Shown here: positions 51,136 through 61,802 of the stretch, piece after piece
Layout of the letters: each line of letters starts with the position of its first letter
Position numbering within the stretch: position 1 is the stretch's first letter
Source: Candidatus Woesearchaeota archaeon
Lineage (GTDB): Archaea > Nanobdellota > Nanobdellia > Woesearchaeales > UBA583
Direction of reading: 5' to 3'
DNA: 64,000 nucleotides
NCBI GenBank assembly: GCA_965205335.1
Contig: OZ242164.1
Coordinates: 1,024,001 to 1,088,000, forward strand
Made by a program: the position numbers and the translations under genes
Notes under the pieces: generated by a model
Databases searched by the model: none
Told to the model about the DNA's origin: nothing
Seen by the model: only the letters and a program-made list of their open reading frames with translations

Positions 51136-51519
51136 ATGGTTTCGCAACTTCCTCTTCTAACGTTTAATTCTTTGTATGGGATACGCCGAGAGGAGAAAAG
51201 ATATAAGATACTTCAAACACTTCCTGAAAGGTTTTATGAGGCATTAGAGAATTTTTTTAGTTCCAAGAAATCAGAGATAAAAAAGTTAAAGGAGAATAAG
51301 GATGAGGAGAGATATTTAAAGGAAAGAAGAATTTACAAGAACTCAAAAAAGATAGTTCAGGAACTAATTTCATTGAGGTTAAGCAAAATTTCAAGTTCGG
51401 CAATTAAATCATGTTTGTTTGGAGATAGTTTTCTCTCGGAAAATACACTGGAGAGAGAAAAAGATTTTTTTAATGCAGTTAATAAGGAATCATTAAAGAT
51501 TAAAAAGGATTTAATATAA
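51136..51519 (+). CDS. GINS-family helical (A) domain protein
   Basis: LT...LY.I.REEK...LQ.LP..FY and ELISLRLSKI; no B domain evident. Confidence 0.6.
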   Translation: MVSQLPLLTFNSLYGIRREEKRYKILQTLPERFYEALENFFSSKKSEIKKLKENKDEERYLKERRIYKNSKKIVQELISLRLSKISSSAIKSCLFGDSFLSENTLEREKDFFNAVNKESLKIKKDLI

Positions 51520-51520
51520 A

Positions 51521-52585
51521 ATGGCATCAGACAAAACATTAGAGAATGTTAGAGATAAAAGATTTTCAAAAGAGATAGAGAAGTATTTCATAATAGGTGT
51601 TAGTATATTATTTCTAATTCTTACAGTATTTGTATTAAAAGGACTTTTTTCAGTAATTGTGTTTAGTCTTATTATCTCTTATTTTATGTATCCAATGTAT
51701 CAGTATTTTGAAAATAAAATTAATAACAAGAAGTTATCTTCGCTATTGACAATTCTTATTATGACACTTTTGATATTTGTCCCTTTTGCTCTTTTATCAT
51801 ATTTTTTAATTCTTAGTATAATCAAAACTATTTTGCAATATAATATTTACATTGAACATCCCGAAATTTTAAATGATGCGTTTGTTAGTTTTTTAGAGAA
51901 ATTCACAAATTCAACCGTCTTATCCTCTGTTAATTTTTCAGAGATATTTTCAACATTAGTAATATATGTATCAGATTTTGCAAAGGGATTTTTTTCATTT
52001 ATTCCGTTAGCACTTTTTTATTTTTTTATTACCCTTTTTTTAACTTATTACATTCTCGTTTACAATAGAAAAATTTTATTTTATGTTAATGAACATGTTC
52101 CCTTAAGCATAGAGAAACAAAAAGAGATATTAGATAATATTAAAAAGAATATTAATGTCTTGTTTCGAGGACATTTTTTAACAGGAGTTATCCAGACATT
52201 AGTTGCATTATTTGGGTATATTATTTTCGGTACTCCAAATATTCTAATTCTAACAGCTTTAACGTTTATCGTAAGTTTGATTCCATATCTGGGAACTCCT
52301 TTGGTATGGATTCCTGTGAGTTTTTACATGATTATGATAGGGGAAACATTTGGAGGTACTGCATTGTTTCTTTATGGAGTTTTTGTAATAAGTACAATTG
52401 ATAATTTCATAAGACCTATTTTAATGAGTGATAAGGATACACTTTCTCCACCTATAGTATTTGTTGGGTTTTTGGGAGGATTTATTACGTTTGGGATTAG
52501 TGGAATCTTCTTAGGACCTATTATTATTTCAATTACAGTAACTCTCTTAAAATACTTGAAAGAGTATTATGTGAAGTCATATTAG
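51521..52585 (+). CDS. AI-2E family transporter
   Basis: Multi-TM; IPYLGT.LVWIP, IDNFIRP, GG...FG.SGIFLGP. Confidence 0.92.
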   Translation: MASDKTLENVRDKRFSKEIEKYFIIGVSILFLILTVFVLKGLFSVIVFSLIISYFMYPMYQYFENKINNKKLSSLLTILIMTLLIFVPFALLSYFLILSIIKTILQYNIYIEHPEILNDAFVSFLEKFTNSTVLSSVNFSEIFSTLVIYVSDFAKGFFSFIPLALFYFFITLFLTYYILVYNRKILFYVNEHVPLSIEKQKEILDNIKKNINVLFRGHFLTGVIQTLVALFGYIIFGTPNILILTALTFIVSLIPYLGTPLVWIPVSFYMIMIGETFGGTALFLYGVFVISTIDNFIRPILMSDKDTLSPPIVFVGFLGGFITFGISGIFLGPIIISITVTLLKYLKEYYVKSY

Positions 52586-52648
52586 GATGCAATATATATG
52601 TATATGTATCTTAGAAATATATATAAATTGAAATACATTCCCTTAATT

Positions 52649-53596
52649 ATGGAGCAAAGAAAAATCATTAAATTTGGTAATTCTTCATATGTCATAACTC
52701 TTCCTTTAGAATGGGTTAAAAAGCATGAATTAAATAAAGGTGATTGTATTGCGATGGCAGAAAATGAAGATTCAATTATAATTTCAGTTGAGAAGCAAGA
52801 AAGTGATAAAACAGCACAAATATCTCTTGATAATGTTCCATTAAAATTGTTTAACAAACAGTTAATATCTTATTACCTGAAAAATTTTAAGTATATTAAA
52901 ATTACTTGCCAGAATTGTATTGAGAGATTAGAAGAGATTAAAGCCTTAAAGGAAAAACTTTCTTCTGTTGAAATTGTTGAGATTCAAAGAGATTATATTA
53001 TTCTGAAAGATTTAACAAGTCCTGAAAAGTTGAATATTCATTCATTGATTAGTGAAATTATTAATATGGAGAAACTTCTGTTTAGAGAGTTGAGAAAAGG
53101 GGAAGGAAGAGATAGACAACATTTGCTAACAAGTTTGGATGCAAATGTAAATAAGCTGTCTTTTTTAGCATATAAGGCAATTAATTATAATTTGGATTCT
53201 TGGAAAAACCCAAGGGAAGTAAAGGATACAATCCATTATAGAAGGATCGTTAGTTCGTTTGAGGAATTAGGGGATGTGTTAAAGATGCTTGAATTCTATG
53301 TTAGAGAGGATAAGCCTTACATGCCACAAATTTATTCAACAATTAAAGATTTGGAGAATTATTTTACTTTTATCGCATCATTAATAACACTTGAAAGTAA
53401 TTTGGATAATAATTTAGAACTTTATTTGGATAAGAAACAATCTCTTCTAAGACAGTTTGAAGATTTAAGGGACAGTTTTGGAGAGGATGTAAATTTATTT
53501 CTTGTGATAAAGCAGTTATTTAAAGGGATTATCGCACGATTAGAGAGTATTCTGCTTTCTGTAATTGATTTAAATTGTAATAATTGTTCCGCCTGA
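52649..53596 (+). CDS. AbrB/PhoU phosphate uptake regulator
   Basis: MEQRKIIKFGNSSYVITLP.EWV....L.KGD followed by helical PhoU-like domain. Confidence 0.85.
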   Translation: MEQRKIIKFGNSSYVITLPLEWVKKHELNKGDCIAMAENEDSIIISVEKQESDKTAQISLDNVPLKLFNKQLISYYLKNFKYIKITCQNCIERLEEIKALKEKLSSVEIVEIQRDYIILKDLTSPEKLNIHSLISEIINMEKLLFRELRKGEGRDRQHLLTSLDANVNKLSFLAYKAINYNLDSWKNPREVKDTIHYRRIVSSFEELGDVLKMLEFYVREDKPYMPQIYSTIKDLENYFTFIASLITLESNLDNNLELYLDKKQSLLRQFEDLRDSFGEDVNLFLVIKQLFKGIIARLESILLSVIDLNCNNCSA

Positions 53597-53673
53597 AAAA
53601 TAAGGCTTTTTTAAGTTTGTTGAGCTTGATGATTGTAAATAAAGTTTTTAAAGCAGTATAATTATAGTTTTTT

Positions 53674-55299
53674 ATGGGTAAAATTTTTGGTAAGAGAATT
53701 ATTTTAGTTGTTGTTGGTTTTGGTTTGATTTTTTATGGTTTGTATAGTCTGTTTGGGAATTTTTTACCATTCTTTAAATCAGAGCATGATGGAGAGTTAG
53801 AAGTAATTTTTTCATTAGGAGATATTTTAATTGCATTTGGTGTTACAATGCTTGGTTTGTCTTTGTATTATGTTGGTAAGTACTGGCGCAAGTCTCTTAA
53901 ATATTTAACAAGTTTGTCTGTCTCGTTTGCTTTGCTACTTTTAACTTTTTCAATGATTTTATATCCGATAAATTCTAATGCACAAGAAATTGTAGATTCA
54001 ACTCAGCCAAGTATAGATTATTTAGTAACCAATTCTCTGGATGTAGGTTTTAATAATTTAACAGAGATTTACTATGGAAAAAATCTGACTCTTGAGTTAT
54101 ATGAAAATGTGGATGTAGAAAAGTACTATGTTAATTCTCTTAATGTCAATCAGGTGGATACTCTAGCGCAGATTCTTGGGTATAGTTATAAGAAGTATAT
54201 GGATAAATTTATTCTTTCACAATATGCAGTTTCAATAATATATAATCAGATAGCAGTTTTGTCGCCAAAAATCTTGGATGCACCAGTTACACTAAATTCA
54301 ATAATTGAGAGAGTTGATTTTTCTTTGATTGGAAATTTAAATCCAAGTTTGCTTCAAAGTAATTATCCTATAAATGATAAGGCATATTTTACTGTTCTTT
54401 TGCCAAGAGATTTTCAAACAAGGATTGTTTCAATAGGAAATGTTTCTGATGAGGATATTGACTCAATTTGGCCAAATACGAAGCTTGGTTATTCTAATTC
54501 GTTAGAGCATAAGAGAAGAGTTATAGATATAACTTTATCAATGGTTTCAAGTGAATTAAATAATTCAAATGTTGAAACTTCTTCATTTCCTGTTCCAACG
54601 GTTTTTGCTCTAATTCCTGAAAATATCAGGGTATTTTTTTCATATGATTTTCTTAATCCAAATGTTTCAAAGAGAGTTTTGGAGGTTGGAAGAATGCGTA
54701 GTGATTGCGTTAGTGGAAGTTTGACAAATGAGCAGGTGTGTTCTGGAATTGTAGCCACAGAGTATGGGAATTTTATTGCAAATATTGGAAATTTGTCCCA
54801 GATAGGAGATAGTTGGGTGTCGTTTAATGTGTCTAAAACTCTTGAACCTGTAAATACTATTGAAAAGCTTGAGAGAGAGATTAAAGAAGTGTCAAGTTTG
54901 TGGAAAGTTTCTTTAATTGTTGCAATGTTTTTCTTTATTCTTGCATTTGTACTGTATTTTTGTCATTTCAAGTTGTCTAAGAAGGAAGTAGTTTTCTGGT
55001 ATATACCATATTATATTTCAAAGCTTAATTTGTTAGGTTTTGTATCTGTGTTCATTTTGATTTTGGTTGGTAGATTAGTTTTATATTCAGATAGATTTGT
55101 TGAGTTAATTTCATATGTTGTTGGCAAGGATTCAAATCAGATTATTCCAAAGGAAGTTTTTTTAAGCCTTCCTGCTTATCAGGTAACTGTTGATGTAACT
55201 TCTCAGATTGCAGCTTTGTCTTTGTACTATCTATTTTTTAGTGTCATTCTGTTTGCATTTTTTCATTTTATTCTTAAGAAGTCAGTTGACGTTTATTGA
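53674..55299 (+). CDS. Multi-pass membrane protein with large extracellular loop
   Basis: Three N-terminal and three C-terminal TM helices; many N-x-S/T sequons. Confidence 0.75.
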   Translation: MGKIFGKRIILVVVGFGLIFYGLYSLFGNFLPFFKSEHDGELEVIFSLGDILIAFGVTMLGLSLYYVGKYWRKSLKYLTSLSVSFALLLLTFSMILYPINSNAQEIVDSTQPSIDYLVTNSLDVGFNNLTEIYYGKNLTLELYENVDVEKYYVNSLNVNQVDTLAQILGYSYKKYMDKFILSQYAVSIIYNQIAVLSPKILDAPVTLNSIIERVDFSLIGNLNPSLLQSNYPINDKAYFTVLLPRDFQTRIVSIGNVSDEDIDSIWPNTKLGYSNSLEHKRRVIDITLSMVSSELNNSNVETSSFPVPTVFALIPENIRVFFSYDFLNPNVSKRVLEVGRMRSDCVSGSLTNEQVCSGIVATEYGNFIANIGNLSQIGDSWVSFNVSKTLEPVNTIEKLEREIKEVSSLWKVSLIVAMFFFILAFVLYFCHFKLSKKEVVFWYIPYYISKLNLLGFVSVFILILVGRLVLYSDRFVELISYVVGKDSNQIIPKEVFLSLPAYQVTVDVTSQIAALSLYYLFFSVILFAFFHFILKKSVDVY

Positions 55300-55377
55300 T
55301 TTCTATTGGTTCTTTTAGGATTAATCACTTTGTAATTGTTATAAATAAATAAAATCGTTAGGACTTGAAGATATTAT

Positions 55378-55821
55378 ATGTTAGGTAAGACTCTTTTAAC
55401 TCCAGTGGATGATATTGTTGATTATGTGAAGGAAAAGCAAAATTGTACTATTTCATATCTTAAGGATAAGTTGAATGTACCCTCAAATGTTTTGGAAAGG
55501 TGGCTTGTAATACTTGATGAGAGTGAAGTAGTTACGATGCATTATAGAGGGTTTGAAGGGTTCGTGAGTCTTACAGAAAAGCAAAAAGATGAGGACAACA
55601 AGGGATCGGATATTGAAAAAATAGAGCAGGTTTTCATTGAGAAATGCAGAAAGAAGAATTTAAGTTTTGATAAGATGCAAGAACTTTGGCCAAAGTTTTT
55701 AGAGGAATATATTAATGAGATAAAAAAAGAGTTTTTTGAGAAGGCAAAGAAGAGAGGGTTTAATGAGAAGAAGACTGAAAAGGCTTGGGGAAAGTTTAAG
55801 GAGAGTTTGAAGTCGTTATAA
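55378..55821 (+). CDS. Winged-helix-like protein heading the pilus operon
   Basis: TPVDDIVDYVKEK...LNVP...LERWLVILDE. Confidence 0.65.
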   Translation: MLGKTLLTPVDDIVDYVKEKQNCTISYLKDKLNVPSNVLERWLVILDESEVVTMHYRGFEGFVSLTEKQKDEDNKGSDIEKIEQVFIEKCRKKNLSFDKMQELWPKFLEEYINEIKKEFFEKAKKRGFNEKKTEKAWGKFKESLKSL

Positions 55822-55822
55822 A

Positions 55823-57667
55823 ATGGAAAAAGAAATAGATAAGTTTTTAGATGATATGGAAGAGGACGAGGAGGAACCTACGGGAGAGGAAGTTGTAAAG
55901 ATAGAAGGGAGGGAGAAAAAGGAAGAAAAGCCTATTGATTTGTCTTTTGATGAGGGGTTGAAGAGAAAGTTTCAGGAATTGAGTCAAAGAATAAATGAGG
56001 AGGACTTTAAGTTTCTTGTCAAGGCTTATGAGGAGGTTAAAAAATTTGATGAAACTCTGCCTTCAAAGTTATTTGGAATTAATAAGGTTTCAAGTGATTC
56101 AGTTATACAGATGGGTTCAAAGTATAGTGATGAATTCTTGAAATTGGTAGATAATCGCGCAAATTCTCTAAATTTTTCAATAAGAAATAATTTGGCTCAA
56201 GTGGATAAGGCTTTGGCTGAGAATAATTTTGGAAATGTAATTTATTATTTTAATGAGGTTTCAAAGTTGTATAAGGTGTTTCCAAAGGAGTTTATGGAGC
56301 AGAAGATGGAACTTGGAAAGGAGTTAAGATTGAAGGAGATTAAGATAAATGAGAAGTTTGAAATTTATAAGAAAGGGGAGTTAGGAAGAGTGCGTGAAGA
56401 GATAATTAGTCTTATAGCCAATCTGAGACAGTCTTTAAGGTCTGAAAATATTTTGGAGATTGAAAGTAATATTAGTAAGTTGATTTTTACTGTTGATATG
56501 ATTCCAAGGGTGTTTTATTCAGATTTGACAAAAGAGAGAACTAGTGTTGCAAAGATACTTGTTATATCAGAAGATTTTCTAAAAAAGGAATATGAAAAAG
56601 ATTTTAATAGGAAAAAAGAAGAGATCCAAATTTTAATAGATAAGTATCACAAGTACCAAAATGATAAGAATAGTCCTAATGCTCTTGCAACTTACAACGA
56701 AATTTTAATTTTGTTTGAGAAGATTCCTGATGTGTTTATAAAGAAAAAACTTGATTTGTATAGGCAGATAACAAGTGTTTTTAATGGATTGAATAATTTA
56801 ATTCTTTCGGACAATATTAATTATTTTATGAAGATTTATGAGGCAAGTAAGGTTATTGAGAATACAAGGGATTATATTAGTTATGTGAAGAGAACTAATA
56901 GGTATAATGCTTCACTTGTCAATGATTTTAGAAGTAAGTTACTTAGGGTTCCAGCGAGTTTGAAGACAGAGACAGAAGACTTGATTAGGGATTTGGATTT
57001 GTTCGACAAGGGGAATTCTCCTCAGTTAGGTGTGATAAATAAGGTTGAAGAGAAGAGTGTACCTCCCAAGATTTTAATTAATAATAATTTTGAACAGGAG
57101 AGTGTTAATCCTGATTTTTTAAAGAATTTTAATATTTATTATAATAAGTTAAAGAATGAGAAGGATAAGGAAAAGGCAATGGAATATTATAGGCAGATAG
57201 TTTTTTGTTTGAAATCTCTTGATATTGATGATAGTGCAAGAGCAGAGATTATTAGCAAGATTGAGGAGTCTTTTAAGAAGAATGGAATATTAGAAGAGTC
57301 AAAGGCAGATATGAAGAGTAATAAAGTTAAGGCTGTAAGTGAGAAGAGTTCACAAGTGTTTCCTGTTATGGAGAACAATAATGCTAAGGCAATAAGCAGA
57401 GAGAGTTCTGATGAGATTGTTAAGGAGGATTTGGGTTTGAAAGATGAGGATTTGCATAGAACTATTAATTTAAAGGTTATAAGTGAGGCTTATAATTATT
57501 ATAATAAGTTAAAGAATGAGAGAGATAGAGATAAGGCTATAAAGGATAGCAAAAAAATAGCTTTTTATTTGAATGCGGCAGGTATTGATGAGGATATTAA
57601 AAGGAGAATTCTTCTTAGAGTAAGGGAGTTGGTAAATCAAAATATAAAAAATGGAAGTTATAGATAA
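55823..57667 (+). CDS. Large helical cytoplasmic protein with duplicated C-terminal module
   Basis: Charged helical; YYNKLKNE.D..KA repeated twice; overlaps the ATPase start. Confidence 0.75.
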   Translation: MEKEIDKFLDDMEEDEEEPTGEEVVKIEGREKKEEKPIDLSFDEGLKRKFQELSQRINEEDFKFLVKAYEEVKKFDETLPSKLFGINKVSSDSVIQMGSKYSDEFLKLVDNRANSLNFSIRNNLAQVDKALAENNFGNVIYYFNEVSKLYKVFPKEFMEQKMELGKELRLKEIKINEKFEIYKKGELGRVREEIISLIANLRQSLRSENILEIESNISKLIFTVDMIPRVFYSDLTKERTSVAKILVISEDFLKKEYEKDFNRKKEEIQILIDKYHKYQNDKNSPNALATYNEILILFEKIPDVFIKKKLDLYRQITSVFNGLNNLILSDNINYFMKIYEASKVIENTRDYISYVKRTNRYNASLVNDFRSKLLRVPASLKTETEDLIRDLDLFDKGNSPQLGVINKVEEKSVPPKILINNNFEQESVNPDFLKNFNIYYNKLKNEKDKEKAMEYYRQIVFCLKSLDIDDSARAEIISKIEESFKKNGILEESKADMKSNKVKAVSEKSSQVFPVMENNNAKAISRESSDEIVKEDLGLKDEDLHRTINLKVISEAYNYYNKLKNERDRDKAIKDSKKIAFYLNAAGIDEDIKRRILLRVRELVNQNIKNGSYR

Positions 57668-59177
57668 GTATGATATATTTTTTGAAAATACAATTATTCC
57701 TATTTTGATTTATAGAGATAAAGATGATTTAGTTCCGACATATGAGGTAGGGATTTTGGAAATAGGTAAGTATACTAATATGGTGGTTGAGAAGGTAAAG
57801 GAAGATTTGCTAAGGGAAGGTATTTTTGAACAGAAAACTTCGCAGACAATAGGTGATCTTTCGTATGAGGATTTAAAGAAGGCATATATAAGCAAAGTTG
57901 AGGAGTTAATTAAGTATTATTTGCCAATGCTTGATTTTGAGACAAGAGAGAATTTAGTGACATATATTATTCAGAGATCGCTTGATCTGGGTTTTGTGGA
58001 TATTTTAATTTCGGATTCTGGAATTGAGGAGATTACTGTTAATGGGTCAGAGTCTCAAGTTATGATTTATCATAGAAAGTATGGGTGGCTGAAGACTAAT
58101 TTGAAATTTTTGTCTGATGGTGAGATTAAGAGCATTGCAACGAGAATTGCTCTTGATAATAGAAAGTTCTATTCAAATTTAACTCCATTACTTGATGCTC
58201 ATTTGAGAGGGGGACACCGTGTGAATGCAACACTTGATGCTGTATCTAAGAATGGAAGTACTATAACAATTAGACGGTTTTCGGATAAGCCTTGGACTGT
58301 TTCTGATTTGATAAATACAAAGACTTCTTCGTCAACTGTTCTTGCTTTGATTTGGATTGCAATTGAGAATGAGTTGTCAATTATTGTGGCAGGTGGTACT
58401 GGTTCAGGTAAGACTTCGTTTCTGAATGCCATTTCATCGTTTATTCCAGCAGATCAGAGAATTATTTCAATTGAGGATACAAGAGAGATTAGATTGCCTG
58501 AATATGCTCACTGGGTTCCAATGGAGGCAAGGCAACCAAATCAGGAAGGAAGAGGAGAGGTTTCTATGCTTGATTTGATTATTAATTCTCTTCGTATGAG
58601 ACCTGATAGGATAATTATTGGAGAGATTAGAAAGAAGGCGGAAGCTGAGGTTTTGTTTGAGGCAATGAGAACAGGGCATAGTGTTTACGGGACTTTTCAT
58701 GCTAATACTGCAAATGAGACTGTGTTAAGACTTTCAAATGCACCTATTGAGATTCCTAAGATTTCTCTTAATGCTTTAGGGCTTGTGGTAGTGCAACACA
58801 GAGACAGGAAATCAGGGCGAAGAATAACTCTTCAGGTTGCAGAGGTTAATGAGAGAGGTGATGAGAATGTTGTTTTTGCGTATCATCCAAAGATGAAGAA
58901 GTATATTTATAGGAACAAGCCTTATTCTCTGCTTAAAAAATTTGAAGAATTTCAGGGAATTTCTGAAAAGGAATTTTTTAGTATGGTTAAAGAGAGAGCG
59001 GCAGTTCTAAGTTATATGGCAAAGTTTAAGATTGATAGTATAGATGAGGTTGGGTTAATTATTAATAAGTTTTATTCTAATAAATCAAAGCTTTTTAGAG
59101 AGATTAAAAGAAAGATGATTTCCCGGAGGAAAAAGTCTCTTCGCAAAAGAGAGATGTTAAATGTGAGAGATAAATGA
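57651..59177 (+). CDS. Type IV pilus/Tad assembly ATPase (CpaF/VirB11 family)
   Basis: IEEITVNG, GGTGSGKTS, SIEDTREI, LRMRPDRIIIGEIR, TGH..GTFHA. Confidence 0.95.
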   Translation: MEVIDKYDIFFENTIIPILIYRDKDDLVPTYEVGILEIGKYTNMVVEKVKEDLLREGIFEQKTSQTIGDLSYEDLKKAYISKVEELIKYYLPMLDFETRENLVTYIIQRSLDLGFVDILISDSGIEEITVNGSESQVMIYHRKYGWLKTNLKFLSDGEIKSIATRIALDNRKFYSNLTPLLDAHLRGGHRVNATLDAVSKNGSTITIRRFSDKPWTVSDLINTKTSSSTVLALIWIAIENELSIIVAGGTGSGKTSFLNAISSFIPADQRIISIEDTREIRLPEYAHWVPMEARQPNQEGRGEVSMLDLIINSLRMRPDRIIIGEIRKKAEAEVLFEAMRTGHSVYGTFHANTANETVLRLSNAPIEIPKISLNALGLVVVQHRDRKSGRRITLQVAEVNERGDENVVFAYHPKMKKYIYRNKPYSLLKKFEEFQGISEKEFFSMVKERAAVLSYMAKFKIDSIDEVGLIINKFYSNKSKLFREIKRKMISRRKKSLRKREMLNVRDK

Positions 59178-59992
59178 TTCTTAAAAATTTTATTAGAGGG
59201 GTGGTTCGTAACCATCCTGAATTGAGAATGAAGTTAAAGAGTGCTTCAAGTAATCAAACGCCTTTTCAGTATGTGTATATGGCAATAGCTATGACATTTT
59301 TTAGTGTTATTGCGTTAGTGGTTATTTTTTTTTTAATTTTTTTGGATGATATTTTGATTTTGGGAGGAATTCTTGCTCTCTTGATAATTATTATTCCTAT
59401 TGTGTATAGGTTTTGGTTTAATATTGTTGATGTTCAGATAAGAAAGAAAGCAAGAGATATTGAAGGGGATTTATTGTTTATTTCTGAGTATTTTCTTGTA
59501 AGTCTTGAGTCAGGGCTGCCTTTGGGAAATGCTATTGAGAGAATTAGTAAACTTGATAGACCAGGGGGAGTGTTTTTTAAGAAGGTTTTTACGGAGTTTC
59601 AAACTGGAAAGGATTTGGAAGAGGCTTTAGAGGAGGGAGAGAATTTTTGTCCTAATAATAGTTTGAAAGTGCTTTTGAAGAGGTTAAAAGATAGTCTTGA
59701 AATTGGGGTTGATTTAAGGAAGATTCTTGAGAATTTTATTGAGGAGTCGTCTGAGAAAAAAATTATACAGGTTCGTGGGTATGCAAAGAAGTTAAATCCT
59801 ATTGTTACTATTTATCTTTTGCTTGGGATTGTTATTCCTTCTCTTGGAGTGACGTTCTTTATTCTTGGTTCAGCTTTTTTGAATCTGACACCTGATTTTC
59901 TTAGAGTGATTCTGTTTGGGATATTTTTGGCGATGTTTTTGTTTCAGTACATAGCATATACTGGATTTAGATTTTCAAGGTCCACGTTATGA
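59174..59992 (+). CDS. Type II secretion F / TadC-like platform protein
   Basis: ESGLPL.NA, GKDLEEAL, YAKKLNP.V..YL..GIVIPSLGVT. Confidence 0.9.
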   Translation: MILKNFIRGVVRNHPELRMKLKSASSNQTPFQYVYMAIAMTFFSVIALVVIFFLIFLDDILILGGILALLIIIIPIVYRFWFNIVDVQIRKKARDIEGDLLFISEYFLVSLESGLPLGNAIERISKLDRPGGVFFKKVFTEFQTGKDLEEALEEGENFCPNNSLKVLLKRLKDSLEIGVDLRKILENFIEESSEKKIIQVRGYAKKLNPIVTIYLLLGIVIPSLGVTFFILGSAFLNLTPDFLRVILFGIFLAMFLFQYIAYTGFRFSRSTL

Positions 59993-60003
59993 GGTGATTT
60001 TTT

Positions 60004-61056
60004 ATGGTTAGTTCAAAAAGATTAAATATGTATGATTTTGGGAAGGTTATTACTCCATACAAGTTTCTTTCTTTAAGGTATACAGTAGAGTTAGAGAATG
60101 TTTATGAGAAGGTGAATTTTAGGAATCTTAATTATGCTGTAATTTCTAAGTTGTTTTTTTTGTCGTTGCTTTTATCTGTTTGCTTGTATTTTTTTTCGTA
60201 TGAGATTTTGCTTGAGTATCTTGGTCAGTATTTGCAAGATAGGGGTATTACCGGTATTTTAAGCGTGTTTGCAACGTTTTTTGTGTATAGTTTGATACTT
60301 TATTATTGTGTGCTTTTGGGTTATCTTTTGTATAATCATGGAAGGTATAAGGTTATTGAGGAGGATATTGAGAGGGACTTGCCTGAGTTCATTGATAATT
60401 TGGTGTCTAATTTGAAGGGAGGTATTTCTATTGAGAAGGCTATTTTGAAGTCTGTTAGGTATGAGCAGAAGTCTCTTTTAAGGGAGGTTACTTTGATTAA
60501 TGAGAAGATTATGATGGGAGATAGTGTTTATAAGGTTTTAGAGGAGTTTCGGGCAAGATTTCCGTCACCTGTAATTAATCGTACTTTTCTTTTGATAGGA
60601 GAGGGAGTTCGGGGAGGAGGAAATTTGACTTCTCCTCTCGAGAGGATTTCTGAGAATTTGAAGAAGGTTTATCTGCTTGATGAGGAGATTAAGAATAGTT
60701 CAGCAGGGTTTTCTATAGTTATTCGTGGCATTGCCCTAATTCTTGCTCCTATATTGTTTTCTTTGGCTCTTACTATTTTGATTTTTGTTAGGGATTTGTT
60801 TGAGCTTCTAAGCAAGAGTGGAGGTGAGTTAGGTTCTTTTGCAAGTATTCCTCAGGAGTTTGTTTCATATTTAGAGGTGTTTTCGTATGCTATGATTTGT
60901 CTTATTACAATTTTTTCATGTTTGATTACATCTCAGTTGAAAAATGAGAGGCAGTTTGTGGCTTTTAAGTATATTCCTTTTTATTTGGTTTTTGTGATTT
61001 TGCTGTTTAACTTTATTTCAGGGATTTTGATTGGTTTTTTTGGAAATATTATTTAG
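60004..61056 (+). CDS. Type II secretion F / TadB-C-like platform protein
   Basis: IERDLPEF...L.SNLKGG.SIEKA, GGNL...LERI. Confidence 0.9.
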   Translation: MVSSKRLNMYDFGKVITPYKFLSLRYTVELENVYEKVNFRNLNYAVISKLFFLSLLLSVCLYFFSYEILLEYLGQYLQDRGITGILSVFATFFVYSLILYYCVLLGYLLYNHGRYKVIEEDIERDLPEFIDNLVSNLKGGISIEKAILKSVRYEQKSLLREVTLINEKIMMGDSVYKVLEEFRARFPSPVINRTFLLIGEGVRGGGNLTSPLERISENLKKVYLLDEEIKNSSAGFSIVIRGIALILAPILFSLALTILIFVRDLFELLSKSGGELGSFASIPQEFVSYLEVFSYAMICLITIFSCLITSQLKNERQFVAFKYIPFYLVFVILLFNFISGILIGFFGNII

Positions 61057-61119
61057 AAATTCCACACTGCTTAGAAGTGAAAAAGTAATATAAAGATTTT
61101 GAATTGTTTTATTAGTATT

Positions 61120-61728
61120 ATGAAATTTAGAAATAACAACAGGAAAGGTCAAGTAGCAGTTGAATTCCTAATGACATATGGTTGGATGCTTTTGATTGTG
61201 CTAATTGTTGGAGCCTTAGTCTTCAGTTTTGTAGACTTCGGGGGATTGCTTCCCAATTCTCTAAACTTTGATAAGAGCTTCAGAGGAGATGCATCGCAAA
61301 TGAATGTTATAAGTAATAGTGATGGTGGTGAGATGTTAATTGTTTTAGATTACGTAGGTACATCTGGAAGAATTCAAATTGATCCAGAAGGTATAAAATT
61401 TATACCTGATGGTGCTATTGGTGCTGTATGTGGTAGTGCAAATACTGGAAATGATTCTCGTTCAGGAATTAGAACATTTACTATGTCTAGTATTAACTCT
61501 ATATTTAGTGATGGTAAGACAAGAGGTAATGTTACTTTAATTGCTCCTAATGATGTTCTTCAACTATCAAGAGGAGATGGTTTAGTTGTTGATATTGAAT
61601 GTCCTAGTACTAATAGTCCTATAATCTCAGGTAACTCAATTGAAGGAATAGTTGAGGTTAAATACATAGATATAAGAACTAAAGTTGAACATACAACAGA
61701 AGGAGTTTTAAGAGCATCGGTTAATTAA
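61120..61728 (+). CDS. Archaeal type IV pilin
   Basis: RKGQ-VAVEFLMTYGWMLLIVLIV class III signal peptide. Confidence 0.9.
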   Translation: MKFRNNNRKGQVAVEFLMTYGWMLLIVLIVGALVFSFVDFGGLLPNSLNFDKSFRGDASQMNVISNSDGGEMLIVLDYVGTSGRIQIDPEGIKFIPDGAIGAVCGSANTGNDSRSGIRTFTMSSINSIFSDGKTRGNVTLIAPNDVLQLSRGDGLVVDIECPSTNSPIISGNSIEGIVEVKYIDIRTKVEHTTEGVLRASVN

Positions 61729-61802
61729 TTTTTTTAATATTGCTTTTATTATTTTCTCTTGAAAAAGAATAGATTTATTAATGATGAGAGGAGGATTATT
61801 TT